From assembly GCA_023229825.1 (NCBI GenBank), contig JALNYN010000007.1:2596-66595 (forward strand): a DNA stretch of 64,000 nucleotides, written 5' to 3'. The notes under the pieces are model-generated. The model did no database searches. It saw nothing but the letters and a program-made list of their open reading frames with translations, and was not told where the DNA came from. Every line of letters begins with the position of its first letter. Positions within the stretch are counted from its first letter, which is position 1. The DNA is from Minisyncoccota bacterium (GTDB lineage Bacteria > Patescibacteriota > Minisyncoccia > Phycocordibacterales > CAIJYI01). This document shows, piece by piece, positions 10,412 to 19,873 of this stretch. The position numbers were made by a program, and so were the translations under genes.

Positions 10412-10663
10412 GTATCTCCTCACATCTATCCGTCATTCCAGCCCGCGAGCTGGAATCCACGGCGTAACGACGTGGATTCTGAATCGCACCACAAGAGTAT
10501 TTCCATTTTTATGGTCGCTTCACTCCTTCACCACAAGAGTATTTCCAATTTTATACTCCCTACGGTCGTTAAAATTTAGGTCAAAAATTAGGTCAGTTCA
10601 GAATGACGACGAACGAGTTTTAGCGATTTTTCGGTAAAACATGATGATGGTGTGAGGAATTAC
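10412..10663. mobile_element. Non-autonomous MITE-like element, copy 1
   Basis: Ends GTATCTCCTCACA ... TGTGAGGAATTAC; flanking direct repeat TCCGTT(A); internal GTCATTCC doublet; homologous to 30976-31131. Confidence 0.7.
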
Positions 10664-10712
10664 GTCCGTTATGGTTCAATAGCTTGGAAACGCTCCATCA
10701 TAAAATATCGAT

Positions 10713-10758
10713 TTGCTTTTATTTATGCGCCGGTGTATAAATTAACTATGGTTAACTT
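10713..10758 (+). promoter_or_regulatory. Sigma70-like promoter with overlapping palindrome, candidate DtxR/SloR-type operator
   Basis: TTGCTT-17 nt-TATAAA; AAATTAACTATGGTTAACTT palindrome at 10739-10758 directly upstream of the DtxR-family gene. Confidence 0.65.
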
Positions 10759-10767
10759 ATTTACGCG

Positions 10768-11175
10768 ATGAAAAATCAAAGCCAAGAAGATTACTTGAGA
10801 GCGATCTATCGTGAATACGAAAAAAGCGGACAGTCGCCCCATGCCGTTCTTATCGCAGATCGAATGTCGGTGTCAAAACCGGCCGTATCAAAGATGCTGA
10901 AAAAACTGTCCGAAAGAAAGCTTTTGAAAGCGCAGCCGTATTCGAAAATTTCTTTAACGGCAAAAGGGCTAAAAGCCGCTCAAAACCTCACTTACAAGCA
11001 CCGGATAATCGAAGTTTTTCTTTCAGATGTTCTTCGCGTCGATAAAGAGCGTGTACACGATGAGGCACATGTGCTTGAGCATGCCTTTTCAGATACGACC
11101 ATTAAAAAACTCGCAGCCTTTTTAAATGATCCGACCGTTTCTCCCCATGGCAGGAAAATACCGAAACCAAAATAG
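10768..11175 (+). CDS. DtxR/MntR-family metal-dependent repressor
   Basis: EDYLRAIY, VSKPAVSKMLKKL, KHRIIEVFL, EAHVLEHAFS, SPHGRKIP. Confidence 0.93.
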   Translation: MKNQSQEDYLRAIYREYEKSGQSPHAVLIADRMSVSKPAVSKMLKKLSERKLLKAQPYSKISLTAKGLKAAQNLTYKHRIIEVFLSDVLRVDKERVHDEAHVLEHAFSDTTIKKLAAFLNDPTVSPHGRKIPKPK

Positions 11176-11216
11176 CAGCGACGGAAAAATGATTATTATA
11201 TAATTTTATTAATTTT

Positions 11217-12047
11217 ATGTTTGCACCATTCGTACTCTCATTTCGGGAGATATTGGAGATAGGGCTGCTCTCTATCCTTATTATTACCTATCTTTCTCGC
11301 GCAGGACTGGGGCATCTGGTAAAGTATGTCTGGCACGGGATCATCGGCGGAGCTGTGATCAGCGTTATTCTGGGAGCGATCGCATGGCAAGTTTTTGGGG
11401 GACTTCCCGAGCCGTATGAAAAATTATTTGAAGCCGTCGCTTCGGTTATTGCCGCGGTTGTTCTTACCGTTGTGTTCTTTTGGCTCGCGAGGCATCGCGG
11501 CGACTTGCTGGAACAAAAGCTTCAAAAGCACGTTGATGCATTCAAAGAAAGGGAGGCCATCAGCGGAATTTTCTTTTTTGCCTTTTTGGTCGTTTTGCGC
11601 GAAGGCCTTGAGATCGTACTTTTTCTTTTTCCGTATCTGATCAAAGATCCGGCAAATACGATCTTGGGATTTTCGGCGGGTACTTTTACGGCGCTTGTTC
11701 TTTCTTTTGCCATGTATCGATACGGCACGCATATCGACGTGAATAAAATATTTTATTATTCAAGCCTCATTATCGTTCTCATCGTGGCCGGCATGCTCGG
11801 ATACGGCGTGCATGAATTCATCGAATTTCTCGCATTCAGAGGAATTGAAATAGGATGGCTCGGACAGTTCGTCTATGATCTCCATATCCCAAGCAGCAGT
11901 ATCTGGTCGCACAAAGGAATTCTCGGCGCTCCTTTCGCGATACTTTTCGGCTATTCCACAAAAATGGAATGGGCTCGTCTTCTGATCCAGATCGCCTATC
12001 TCTCCATTTTCATACCGCTCACCGTGCGGATGTACAGACAGAGATAA
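11217..12047 (+). CDS. FTR1/EfeU-family iron permease
   Basis: Two REXXE motifs (REILE, REGLE); about 7 TM helices; GVHE; downstream of the DtxR gene. Confidence 0.9.
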   Translation: MFAPFVLSFREILEIGLLSILIITYLSRAGLGHLVKYVWHGIIGGAVISVILGAIAWQVFGGLPEPYEKLFEAVASVIAAVVLTVVFFWLARHRGDLLEQKLQKHVDAFKEREAISGIFFFAFLVVLREGLEIVLFLFPYLIKDPANTILGFSAGTFTALVLSFAMYRYGTHIDVNKIFYYSSLIIVLIVAGMLGYGVHEFIEFLAFRGIEIGWLGQFVYDLHIPSSSIWSHKGILGAPFAILFGYSTKMEWARLLIQIAYLSIFIPLTVRMYRQR

Positions 12048-12050
12048 AAT

Positions 12051-12080
12051 AAAAAAACCGTCCCAACGTGGGACGGTTTT
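12051..12080. terminator. Bidirectional terminator between FTR1 and narK
   Basis: AAAAAAACCGTCCCA-acg-TGGGACGGTTTT. Confidence 0.85.
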
Positions 12081-12093
12081 GAATAAAAAAGGA

Positions 12094-13311
12094 CTAGTTT
12101 TGTTTCGACCAATAGAGGGCGGTAAGCGATACGGCTGCGACTCCCCAGAGGAACATAAAGGCGGTGGTATAAATACCGGTATAGTCGAGGATCGCTCCAA
12201 AGATTATCGGCAAGAGATATCCGCCCAAACCGCCGCCGAGACCAATGGCCCCAAAAACGGCTCCGGTATTTTTTGGAAAATCGTCGGCCGCATATTTGAA
12301 GATCGAGGCATTGCCGATACCAAGCGCCAGTCCGAGAACCATAAGAACCCCGGTAAAGACCCACATGTTGATGTGAATGGGGATCACGATATCGCCGTTC
12401 AGCGTATGGAAGATAACATCCGAAGGCGGATATGAGATTATCGTAAGACAGAAGAGCGCCACCCACATAATCGAGCGTGTCACTTTGAACGCTCCATATT
12501 TATCTGCAAGCCATCCGCCGTATGCCCGTATCAGACTTCCCGGCAGAGCGAATACCATCGCCATCAGAGCGCCGTCTTGGAGAGTAAATCCGTATGCGCT
12601 CATGTAATAGGAAGGCATCCAAAGAGCGAGTGCGATAAATCCTCCGAACGTAAGCGAGTAATATTGAAAATATCTCCACGCTTTGGGATCTTTCATCACA
12701 GCAAATTGTTCCGAGATCTTTGTGTTTGTCCGGTGGCTTTCGTCCGTAAAAGTGAACAAAAGAAAAATGATCGCAACCATGAGCAGGATGACCGCATACA
12801 CTTTTGGCACCATTCTCCACCCGTAGGCAGCGATCAAGATCGGCGCCGCGAATTGCGTGAGAGCCGTCCCGACATTACCTGAACCAAAGATCCCCATGGC
12901 AAATCCTTGCCGTTCTTTCGGGAACCATTTTACTACATAGCTGATCCCGACAGCGAATGACGTTCCCACGATGCCGACGAACAGACCCAAAACAAGAAAA
13001 TGCCAGTAAGCAGAAGCCCATCCTCCGATCAAATAAAGCGGAGGCAATGCCGAGATCATGAGAAGGAAAAATACCCGCCGTCCGCCGAAGCGATCTGATA
13101 AGGCGCCGAAAAGCGGACGAAGGAATGCGCCGGTTAATATCGGCGTACCGATGAGAACGCCGAACTCGGTGTTTGAAAGTCCGAGTTCCGCTTGTATTGG
13201 TTTGCCGATGATGGAAAAAATGACCCATACGGCGAAACAGACGACAAATCCGAACGTGCTCATGGAGAGCACCAGATTTCTTTTTGTTTCATTGGAAGTG
13301 AATAGCTCCAT
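12094..13311 (-). CDS. narK: Nitrate/nitrite MFS transporter (NarK1-like)
   Basis: CFAVWVIFS, TPILTGAFLR, SFAVGISYVVKWFPKERQGFAMGIFGSGNVG nitrate signature, second conserved Arg in GSLIRAYGGWLAD; adjacent to narG. Confidence 0.92.
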   Translation of the reverse strand: MELFTSNETKRNLVLSMSTFGFVVCFAVWVIFSIIGKPIQAELGLSNTEFGVLIGTPILTGAFLRPLFGALSDRFGGRRVFFLLMISALPPLYLIGGWASAYWHFLVLGLFVGIVGTSFAVGISYVVKWFPKERQGFAMGIFGSGNVGTALTQFAAPILIAAYGWRMVPKVYAVILLMVAIIFLLFTFTDESHRTNTKISEQFAVMKDPKAWRYFQYYSLTFGGFIALALWMPSYYMSAYGFTLQDGALMAMVFALPGSLIRAYGGWLADKYGAFKVTRSIMWVALFCLTIISYPPSDVIFHTLNGDIVIPIHINMWVFTGVLMVLGLALGIGNASIFKYAADDFPKNTGAVFGAIGLGGGLGGYLLPIIFGAILDYTGIYTTAFMFLWGVAAVSLTALYWSKQN

Positions 13312-13467
13312 AATAAACCCCTGAAATTTCAATGTTCAAAAATAACGGATCAAAAAATTTCGATCGATACCTCAACACATGTAAACGTAAAAAACAGTTT
13401 CTGTCAATTTTTTATAAAAAAATCACCCGGCTTGCGTCGGGTGACCTCATGAAGACATCATCTTCGA

Positions 13468-13836
13468 TTAAAGAGCGTGGATCTTCTCTTTTACCTCGCC
13501 GTAGAGTCGTTCCGCGTCAGCGGGGTCGAAGTCAGTATTCTGTATTTTCTTTACGCCCATCTCGGCAAGCTTAATGTGCAGAGTCGGTTTTACGCCGTGG
13601 CGTTTCAAACAGGATTCAACGCAGACCAGCGGACAGCCGTCGATCGCTACGATCTTTCTGTCCGGTTCCGTCGCCTTTTTTACCAAAGCGGGAACATCGC
13701 CGCCAACGCCCGCGATGCATGACATTTCTGCGGTGCCGTCTTTATTCAATTGCAGAGCGAGAAAATTTGCCAGTTGCGCGGCGCTTGAACATCCGGAGCA
13801 CGAATAGACGAGCGGAGTTTCTTTTTTTGCTTTCAT
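13468..13836 (-). CDS. Putative zinc-binding protein (DGC domain)
   Basis: YSCSGCSSAAQLAN, MSCIAGVGG, IDGCPLVCVESCL. Confidence 0.88.
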   Translation of the reverse strand: MKAKKETPLVYSCSGCSSAAQLANFLALQLNKDGTAEMSCIAGVGGDVPALVKKATEPDRKIVAIDGCPLVCVESCLKRHGVKPTLHIKLAEMGVKKIQNTDFDPADAERLYGEVKEKIHAL

Positions 13837-13912
13837 AATAACCTCATTCTATCTTGGAAAAAACAAGAGGGATCGAAAAAATCGAGAATTATTGATCGAT
13901 CATCCATACCTA

Positions 13913-13977
13913 AACTAAACAAAAAAGCTCATGTTGTCAATAGACAGCTTGACAATTTAGGTGAAATCTAACATTGT
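13913..13977. promoter_or_regulatory. Back-to-back sigma70-like promoters for the DGC gene and narG
   Basis: Minus strand TTGACA (13935-13940)-17-TAGTTT; plus strand TTGACA (13949-13954) followed by the palindrome TTAGGTGAAATCTAA. Confidence 0.5.
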
Positions 13978-14117
13978 AGAAGCATATGTATATTTCGGGA
14001 ACATGACCGTAAAGAAGATGAATGGCAAAGAGCACGATTTGTTGCGAATTTTTTGTTTTGAGATATACCGCTCTTTGACATAATGAAATTGACTGCAAAA
14101 CAGAAGGAGAAAAATAG

Positions 14118-17100
14118 ATGAAGAGAACCTTAGATAAACTTTCGCGTTTGTTTGGAAAAACTTCGAACGAACACGAGGTAGTGACAGAAGAAAGCCGTGA
14201 TTGGGAAAGACTCTATCGGGATCGGCTCGGCGTTCAAAAGACCGTGCGTTCGACGCACGGGGTAAATTGCACCGGCTCATGCAGCTGGGAAATACAAGTA
14301 AAAAACGGACTGGTGATCGGAGAAGTTCAAAAAACGGATTATCCTCGGACCAGACCCGGACTTCCGAACCATGAACCGCGCGGCTGCCCTCGAGGTGCCA
14401 GCGCATCGTGGTATTTATACAGCGCGGCGCGTCTCAAACATCCTCTTGCTCGAGGCGCATTGGTACGGATATGGCGTGAGGCGAGAAAAACGCTTGACCC
14501 TGTTTCCGCATGGGCATCGATCGTTGAGGATCCCGAAAAAACAAAAAGCTATAAGACGAAACGAGGAATGGGCGGTTTTGTTCGTTTGACGTGGGACGAG
14601 GCTATGGAGATCATCGCCGCGGCCAACATTTACACGATCAAAAAATACGGACCCGACCGGGTGGTCGGATTCTCACCCATACCCGCTATGTCTATGGCAA
14701 GCTACTCCGGGGGAACGAGATATCTTTCTCTTATCGGCGGCGCGAACCTTTCATTCTATGATTGGTATTGCGATCTGCCTCCGTCTTCGCCTCAAGTCTG
14801 GGGCGAGCAAACGGATGTTCCCGAAAGCGCGGATTGGTACAATTCCAAATACATTTTGGTTTGGGGTTCGAATGTCCCGCAAACGAGAACGCCTGATGCG
14901 CACTTTCTTTCGGAATCTCGATATAACGGCACGAAGTCTGTCGTCGTTTCATCGGATTACAGCGAAGCGGTAAAATTTGCCGATCTCTGGATGCACCCGA
15001 AACAAGGACACGATGCCGCTCTTGCTATGGCAATGGGGCACGTGATCTTAAACGAGTATCACTCAAAAAACCGGAGCTTATATTTTTCCGAATACTGCAA
15101 AGCCTATACCGACATGCCGCTGCTCGTGGCGCTCGAAGAGAAAGACGGAACCTTTCAAGCCGGAAGATTCCTTCGCGCTTCAGACTTCGATCAAACCATG
15201 AAAGAAGAGAAGAGCGAGTGGAAAACGGTACTTATAAATGAACGTACCGGAAATATTGCCGTTCCGAACGGAAGCATCGGTTTTCGCTGGGACGAAAGTG
15301 GAAAGTGGAATCTTCTTTCTGAAGAGATCACGCCGCGCCTTTCGCTTCTCGGAACAGAGGACGAGACCGTGAAGGTTTCCATGCCTTATTTCGGAGGCGA
15401 CGAGAGCGAGAATATTCTCTTGCGCAGCGTTCCGGTAAAGAAATTTTTCTTAAATGGAAAAGAAGTGCTTGCCGCAACGGTGTACGATCTGCTTTTGGCC
15501 AATTACGGCGTGAGCAGAGATCCCGATGTCACAGAAGAGAGTTATAACGAAGTCGCACCGTATACGCCTGCATGGGCTGAAAAACATTGCGGCGTAAGCA
15601 AAGAGCTCATCATAAAAGTCGCGCGCGAATTCGCTGAAAACGCGGATAAAACGCTCGGCAGATCGATGATCATTCTCGGTGCGGCTATCAACCACTGGTA
15701 CCATTCCGATATGACCTATCGCGGCATTATGAATATGCTCATGATGTGCGGATGCGTCGGACAATCCGGAGGCGGATGGGCTCACTATGTGGGACAGGAA
15801 AAACTCCGACCTCAAACCGGCTGGGCGCCGCTTGCGTTTGCGACCGACTGGTCGCGTCCTCCGCGGCAGATGAACGGAACTTCATTTTTTTACACACACT
15901 CAGATCAGTGGCGTTTTGAAAAACTGAAAGTTTCGGAAATTTTGTCGCCGCTCGCGGATACATCGCTGGGCAATAGTCATTTGTATGACTGGAACACCCG
16001 TGCTATTCGCATGGGATGGCTGCCGACACTGCCGGCTTTGGACGTAAATTCGCTTGAAATTGCAAAGAAGGCGGATAGGGCGGGAATATCTCCGTCCGAA
16101 TACGTGGTATCCGGACTGAAGGATGGTACGATCCGATTCGCATGCGAAGACCCTGACAAAGAGGAAAATTATCCTCGCAACCTGTTTCTTTGGCGTTCAA
16201 ATCTTTTGGGATCGAGCGGCAAAGGACATGAATATCTTTTGAAATATTTGCTGGGAACGCAATCCGCGGTCTTGGGCAACGAATCGAAAGATATGAAACC
16301 GACCGACTCCGAATGGAGAGAGGATCCCCCTGAGGGAAAACTCGACCTGTTCGTTGTTTTGGACTTCCGAAAATCAACATCCGTTCTGTATGCCGACATC
16401 GCGCTTCCTTCCGCCACGTGGTATGAAAAAGATGATATGAACACATCGGATATGCATCCGTTCATTCATCCGCTGCAAGCCGCCGTAGATCCTCTTTTTG
16501 AATCGAAAACGGACTGGGAAATTTTCCGGAGCGTCGCGAAGAAATTTGCGGAACTCACGGAAGGAAATCTCGGAGTGGAAAAAGACGTGGTGCTTACTCC
16601 GCTGCTTCATGATTCTCCGGGGGAACTCGGACAGCCGTTCGGCGAAGTGAAGGATTGGAAAAAAGGAGAGTGTGAACCGGTTCCCGGAAAAACGATGCCG
16701 AACATTACCGTGGTCGAAAGAGACTATCCGAACACGTACAAGAAATTTACGTCGGTCGGTCCGCTTCTGTCGAAACTTGGTAACGGAGGAAAAGGAATTT
16801 CGTGGAATACGGAAAAAGAAGTCGATGGTCTTAAAGCCATAAACGGCTGTGTGGAAGAAGAAGGCGTTTCAAAAGGAATGCCGAAGATCGAAAGCGCAGT
16901 GCAAGCGTGCGAAATGATCCTCGAGTTCGCTCCGGAAACGAACGGTGCGGTCGCGGTGAGATCATGGGAAGCGCTTGAAAAGATAACCGGTCTTTCTCTC
17001 GCCGACCTCGCCAAACCGAGAGAGGCGGACAAGATACGGTTCAAAGATATCGTTGTTCAGCCGAGGAAGATCATTTCTTCTCCGATCTGGAGCGGTATCG

Positions 17101-17756
17101 AATCTGAGGAAGTATGTTATACCGCTTTCTGGACCAACGTCCACAAACGGATACCATGGCGTACGCTCACGGGTCGCCAGCAATTCTATCAAGATCACGC
17201 ATGGATGATCGCGTTCGGTGAAGGTTTCGCGGTATACAAACCGCCGATCGACACGAAAACGATCGAGTCTGTGCTGGGATTTTCCAAGAATGGAAATAAA
17301 GAAATAGTTTTGAATTGGATCACCCCGCATCAAAAATGGGGAATTCACTCGAACTTTTCCGATAACCTGAGAATGCTGACGCTCTCGCGCGGAGGTCCGA
17401 ATGCATGGATTTCCGAAGATGATGCAAAAGAGGCGGGTATCGTCGATAACGATTGGATCGAGATATGGAATGAAAACGGTACGCTCGCGGTTCGCGCGGT
17501 TTTAAGCCAGCGCGTTCCTCGGGGAATGATCCTTATGTATCACGCTCAGGAAAAGAACGTGAATATGCCGCAAGCGGAGATGAGCGGAAAACGAGGAGGG
17601 ATACACAACAGCGTCACTCGCACGGTCGTGAAGCCGACGCACATGATCGGCGGCTACGCGCAGCTTTCTTACGGTTTCAATTATTACGGAACCGTCGGAT
17701 CGAATCGCGATGAGTTCGTCATCGTGCGCAAAATGAAACAAGACGTAAAATGGTAA
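14118..17756 (+). CDS. narG: Respiratory nitrate reductase alpha subunit
   Basis: RSTHGVNCTGSCSW...PRGCPRG (FS0 ligands), SFYDWYCDLP (Mo ligand Asp), GGGWAHYVGQEKLRP, TPHQKWGIHS, YGFNYYGTVGSNRDE; 1212 aa, intact. Confidence 0.98.
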   Translation: MKRTLDKLSRLFGKTSNEHEVVTEESRDWERLYRDRLGVQKTVRSTHGVNCTGSCSWEIQVKNGLVIGEVQKTDYPRTRPGLPNHEPRGCPRGASASWYLYSAARLKHPLARGALVRIWREARKTLDPVSAWASIVEDPEKTKSYKTKRGMGGFVRLTWDEAMEIIAAANIYTIKKYGPDRVVGFSPIPAMSMASYSGGTRYLSLIGGANLSFYDWYCDLPPSSPQVWGEQTDVPESADWYNSKYILVWGSNVPQTRTPDAHFLSESRYNGTKSVVVSSDYSEAVKFADLWMHPKQGHDAALAMAMGHVILNEYHSKNRSLYFSEYCKAYTDMPLLVALEEKDGTFQAGRFLRASDFDQTMKEEKSEWKTVLINERTGNIAVPNGSIGFRWDESGKWNLLSEEITPRLSLLGTEDETVKVSMPYFGGDESENILLRSVPVKKFFLNGKEVLAATVYDLLLANYGVSRDPDVTEESYNEVAPYTPAWAEKHCGVSKELIIKVAREFAENADKTLGRSMIILGAAINHWYHSDMTYRGIMNMLMMCGCVGQSGGGWAHYVGQEKLRPQTGWAPLAFATDWSRPPRQMNGTSFFYTHSDQWRFEKLKVSEILSPLADTSLGNSHLYDWNTRAIRMGWLPTLPALDVNSLEIAKKADRAGISPSEYVVSGLKDGTIRFACEDPDKEENYPRNLFLWRSNLLGSSGKGHEYLLKYLLGTQSAVLGNESKDMKPTDSEWREDPPEGKLDLFVVLDFRKSTSVLYADIALPSATWYEKDDMNTSDMHPFIHPLQAAVDPLFESKTDWEIFRSVAKKFAELTEGNLGVEKDVVLTPLLHDSPGELGQPFGEVKDWKKGECEPVPGKTMPNITVVERDYPNTYKKFTSVGPLLSKLGNGGKGISWNTEKEVDGLKAINGCVEEEGVSKGMPKIESAVQACEMILEFAPETNGAVAVRSWEALEKITGLSLADLAKPREADKIRFKDIVVQPRKIISSPIWSGIESEEVCYTAFWTNVHKRIPWRTLTGRQQFYQDHAWMIAFGEGFAVYKPPIDTKTIESVLGFSKNGNKEIVLNWITPHQKWGIHSNFSDNLRMLTLSRGGPNAWISEDDAKEAGIVDNDWIEIWNENGTLAVRAVLSQRVPRGMILMYHAQEKNVNMPQAEMSGKRGGIHNSVTRTVVKPTHMIGGYAQLSYGFNYYGTVGSNRDEFVIVRKMKQDVKW

Positions 17757-17811
17757 AACAAATCGCGTCCGGCGGCAGCGTCGGACGCCACTCTGAACAA
17801 AGGAGGCAACT

Positions 17812-19341
17812 ATGAAGATCAGAGCGCAAATTGCCATGGTTTTGAATCTCGACAAATGCATCGGCTGCCACACCTGTTCCGTCGTCTGCAAGAATTTGTG
17901 GACATCGCGGAAAGGCGCCGAGTACCAATGGTGGAACAATGTCGAAACGAAACCGGGCACGGGATTTCCCACGAATTGGGAAGACCAAGAAAAATTTCAA
18001 GGAGGATGGGTTCTCAACAAAGCGGGAAAACTGGAATTGAAACAAGGCGCGAAACTTAAACTTCTCGCCAATATCTTTGATAATCCGAATATGCCAAGCC
18101 TGGCGGAGGACTATTATGATCCGTTCACTTTCGATTATGATTATTTGGAAACTGCTCCGGAAGGTCTCACGACCCCGCCGACGGCGAAACCGCGGTCGGT
18201 AGTCACGGGCGAACCGATGAAAAAGATCGAAAAAGGTCCGAACTGGGAAGATGATCTCGGAGGAGAATTTGAAAAACGAGGAAAAGATAAAAACTTTGAA
18301 GGTATTCAAAAAGAGATGCATTCTTTATTTGAAACCACCTTCATGGCGTATCTGCCTCGGCTTTGCGAACATTGTCTTAATCCCTCGTGCGTCGCTTCGT
18401 GCCCAACGGGTTCGATCTACAAACGCGCGGAAGACGGCATTGTTCTCATCGATCAGGACAAATGCCGAGGCTGGCGCATGTGCGTTTCGGGGTGTCCTTA
18501 TAAAAAGATATTCTTTAACTGGGATACGAAAAAATCCGAAAAGTGCGTTTTCTGTTTTCCTCGGATCGAGGCGGGTCTTCCGACCTTGTGTTCGGAATCC
18601 TGCGTAGGACGTATTCGATATCTTGGCGTTATTCTTTATGATGCCGATCGTATCGAAGAAGCCGCCAGCGCCGCGAACGAGCAAGACCTGTACGAAGAAC
18701 AGCTGAAAATATTCCTTGATCCGCACGATGGCAACATTGCGCGCATTGCGGAAGAACAAGGCATTCCTCCGTCTTGGATCGAAGCGGCGAGAAGATCGCC
18801 CGTCTATAAAATGGCGGTCGAGTGGAAGATCGCGTTTCCTCTCCACCCCGAGTGGAGAACGATGCCCATGGTATGGTATGTACCGCCGCTTTCTCCGATC
18901 ACGTCGGCCGCGGAAAATGGGCTTATCGCAAAAAAAGGATTTTTCCCCGATATAGAATCGCTTCGAATTCCGGTGAGATATCTCGCCAATCTGTTAACGG
19001 CGGGAAGTGAGGCTCCTATTGTGCTGGCGTTGAAACGTTTGATCGCGATGCGGGAATACCGGCGCGAAAAAACGCTGAACAGCGAAGAAAAGAGCGAATT
19101 TTTGCGGGAGGCCGGACTGACGGAAAAGCAAGCCGAAGAAATGTACCGATATCTCGGTATCGCAGACTATGAAGATCGGTTCGTCATTCCGACGAGCCAT
19201 AAAGAATATGCTCTGAATGCTTTTGATGAAAAGGGCGCGTGCGGGTTCACTTCCGGAAACGGTTGTGCGCACGGCGAAACTCCTTCATTGGAAGACCTTT
19301 CGGTCCGCTTGGGTCATCGAAAGAAAAAAATGGAGATATGA
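17812..19341 (+). CDS. narH: Respiratory nitrate reductase beta subunit
   Basis: MKIRAQIAMVLNLDKCIGCHTCSVVCK, CEHCLNPSCVASCP, CRGWRMCVSGCP, CVFC...CSESCVGRIR; AAGGAGG RBS. Confidence 0.98.
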   Translation: MKIRAQIAMVLNLDKCIGCHTCSVVCKNLWTSRKGAEYQWWNNVETKPGTGFPTNWEDQEKFQGGWVLNKAGKLELKQGAKLKLLANIFDNPNMPSLAEDYYDPFTFDYDYLETAPEGLTTPPTAKPRSVVTGEPMKKIEKGPNWEDDLGGEFEKRGKDKNFEGIQKEMHSLFETTFMAYLPRLCEHCLNPSCVASCPTGSIYKRAEDGIVLIDQDKCRGWRMCVSGCPYKKIFFNWDTKKSEKCVFCFPRIEAGLPTLCSESCVGRIRYLGVILYDADRIEEAASAANEQDLYEEQLKIFLDPHDGNIARIAEEQGIPPSWIEAARRSPVYKMAVEWKIAFPLHPEWRTMPMVWYVPPLSPITSAAENGLIAKKGFFPDIESLRIPVRYLANLLTAGSEAPIVLALKRLIAMREYRREKTLNSEEKSEFLREAGLTEKQAEEMYRYLGIADYEDRFVIPTSHKEYALNAFDEKGACGFTSGNGCAHGETPSLEDLSVRLGHRKKKMEI

Positions 19342-19342
19342 A

Positions 19343-19873
19343 ATGAAAACTTATCTTATTCTCTCGCTTCTTCTCGAATATCCGAGCGCGGAATGCGTCG
19401 AAAACATCGGAGGTCTTGAAGATATCCTCCACGAAGAAGCTGATGAAAACAAAGGGGCGGCGGAAGTGCTTGCCCCGCTCTTTGAGAAATTAAAGGCGGA
19501 ACCTTTGCTTTCTCTTGAAATGCATTACACTGATACTTTTGAACAGGGAAGAGGCAATTCGCTTTTTCTCTATGAACATCTGTACGGCGAGGATGCCGCG
19601 CGAGGACTGGCGCTTTCCGATCTTCTGGAGAAGTACGCTTCGCACGATTTCGTCGCGCAAAGCGGAGAGCTGCCGGATTTTGTTCCGGACGTCTTGGAAT
19701 ATCTTTCCGTTCTTTCAAAAGAAGAAGCGGAAGAAATTCTGGGAAGGACGATACACTTGTTTGCCGTTATAAAGAATAATCTCATGAAGAGGGAAAGCGC
19801 ATACGCAGCAGTATTTGAAGTACTGGAGAGTATGTCGCCGATCGCTCCGCAACCACTGGAGGCCTTGCTATGA
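19343..19873 (+). CDS. narJ: Nitrate reductase Moco-insertion chaperone
   Basis: LSLLLEYP, YTDTFE, SLFLYEHLYGE..RGLAL, ELPDFVP; lies between narH and narI. Confidence 0.93.
   Translation: MKTYLILSLLLEYPSAECVENIGGLEDILHEEADENKGAAEVLAPLFEKLKAEPLLSLEMHYTDTFEQGRGNSLFLYEHLYGEDAARGLALSDLLEKYASHDFVAQSGELPDFVPDVLEYLSVLSKEEAEEILGRTIHLFAVIKNNLMKRESAYAAVFEVLESMSPIAPQPLEALL

Noticed and set aside
13850-14117. FNR or NarL sites in the nar promoter
   Set aside because: TTGATCGATCAT and TTGACATAATGAAA do not fit TTGAT-N4-ATCAA, and there is no convincing NarL heptamer pair.
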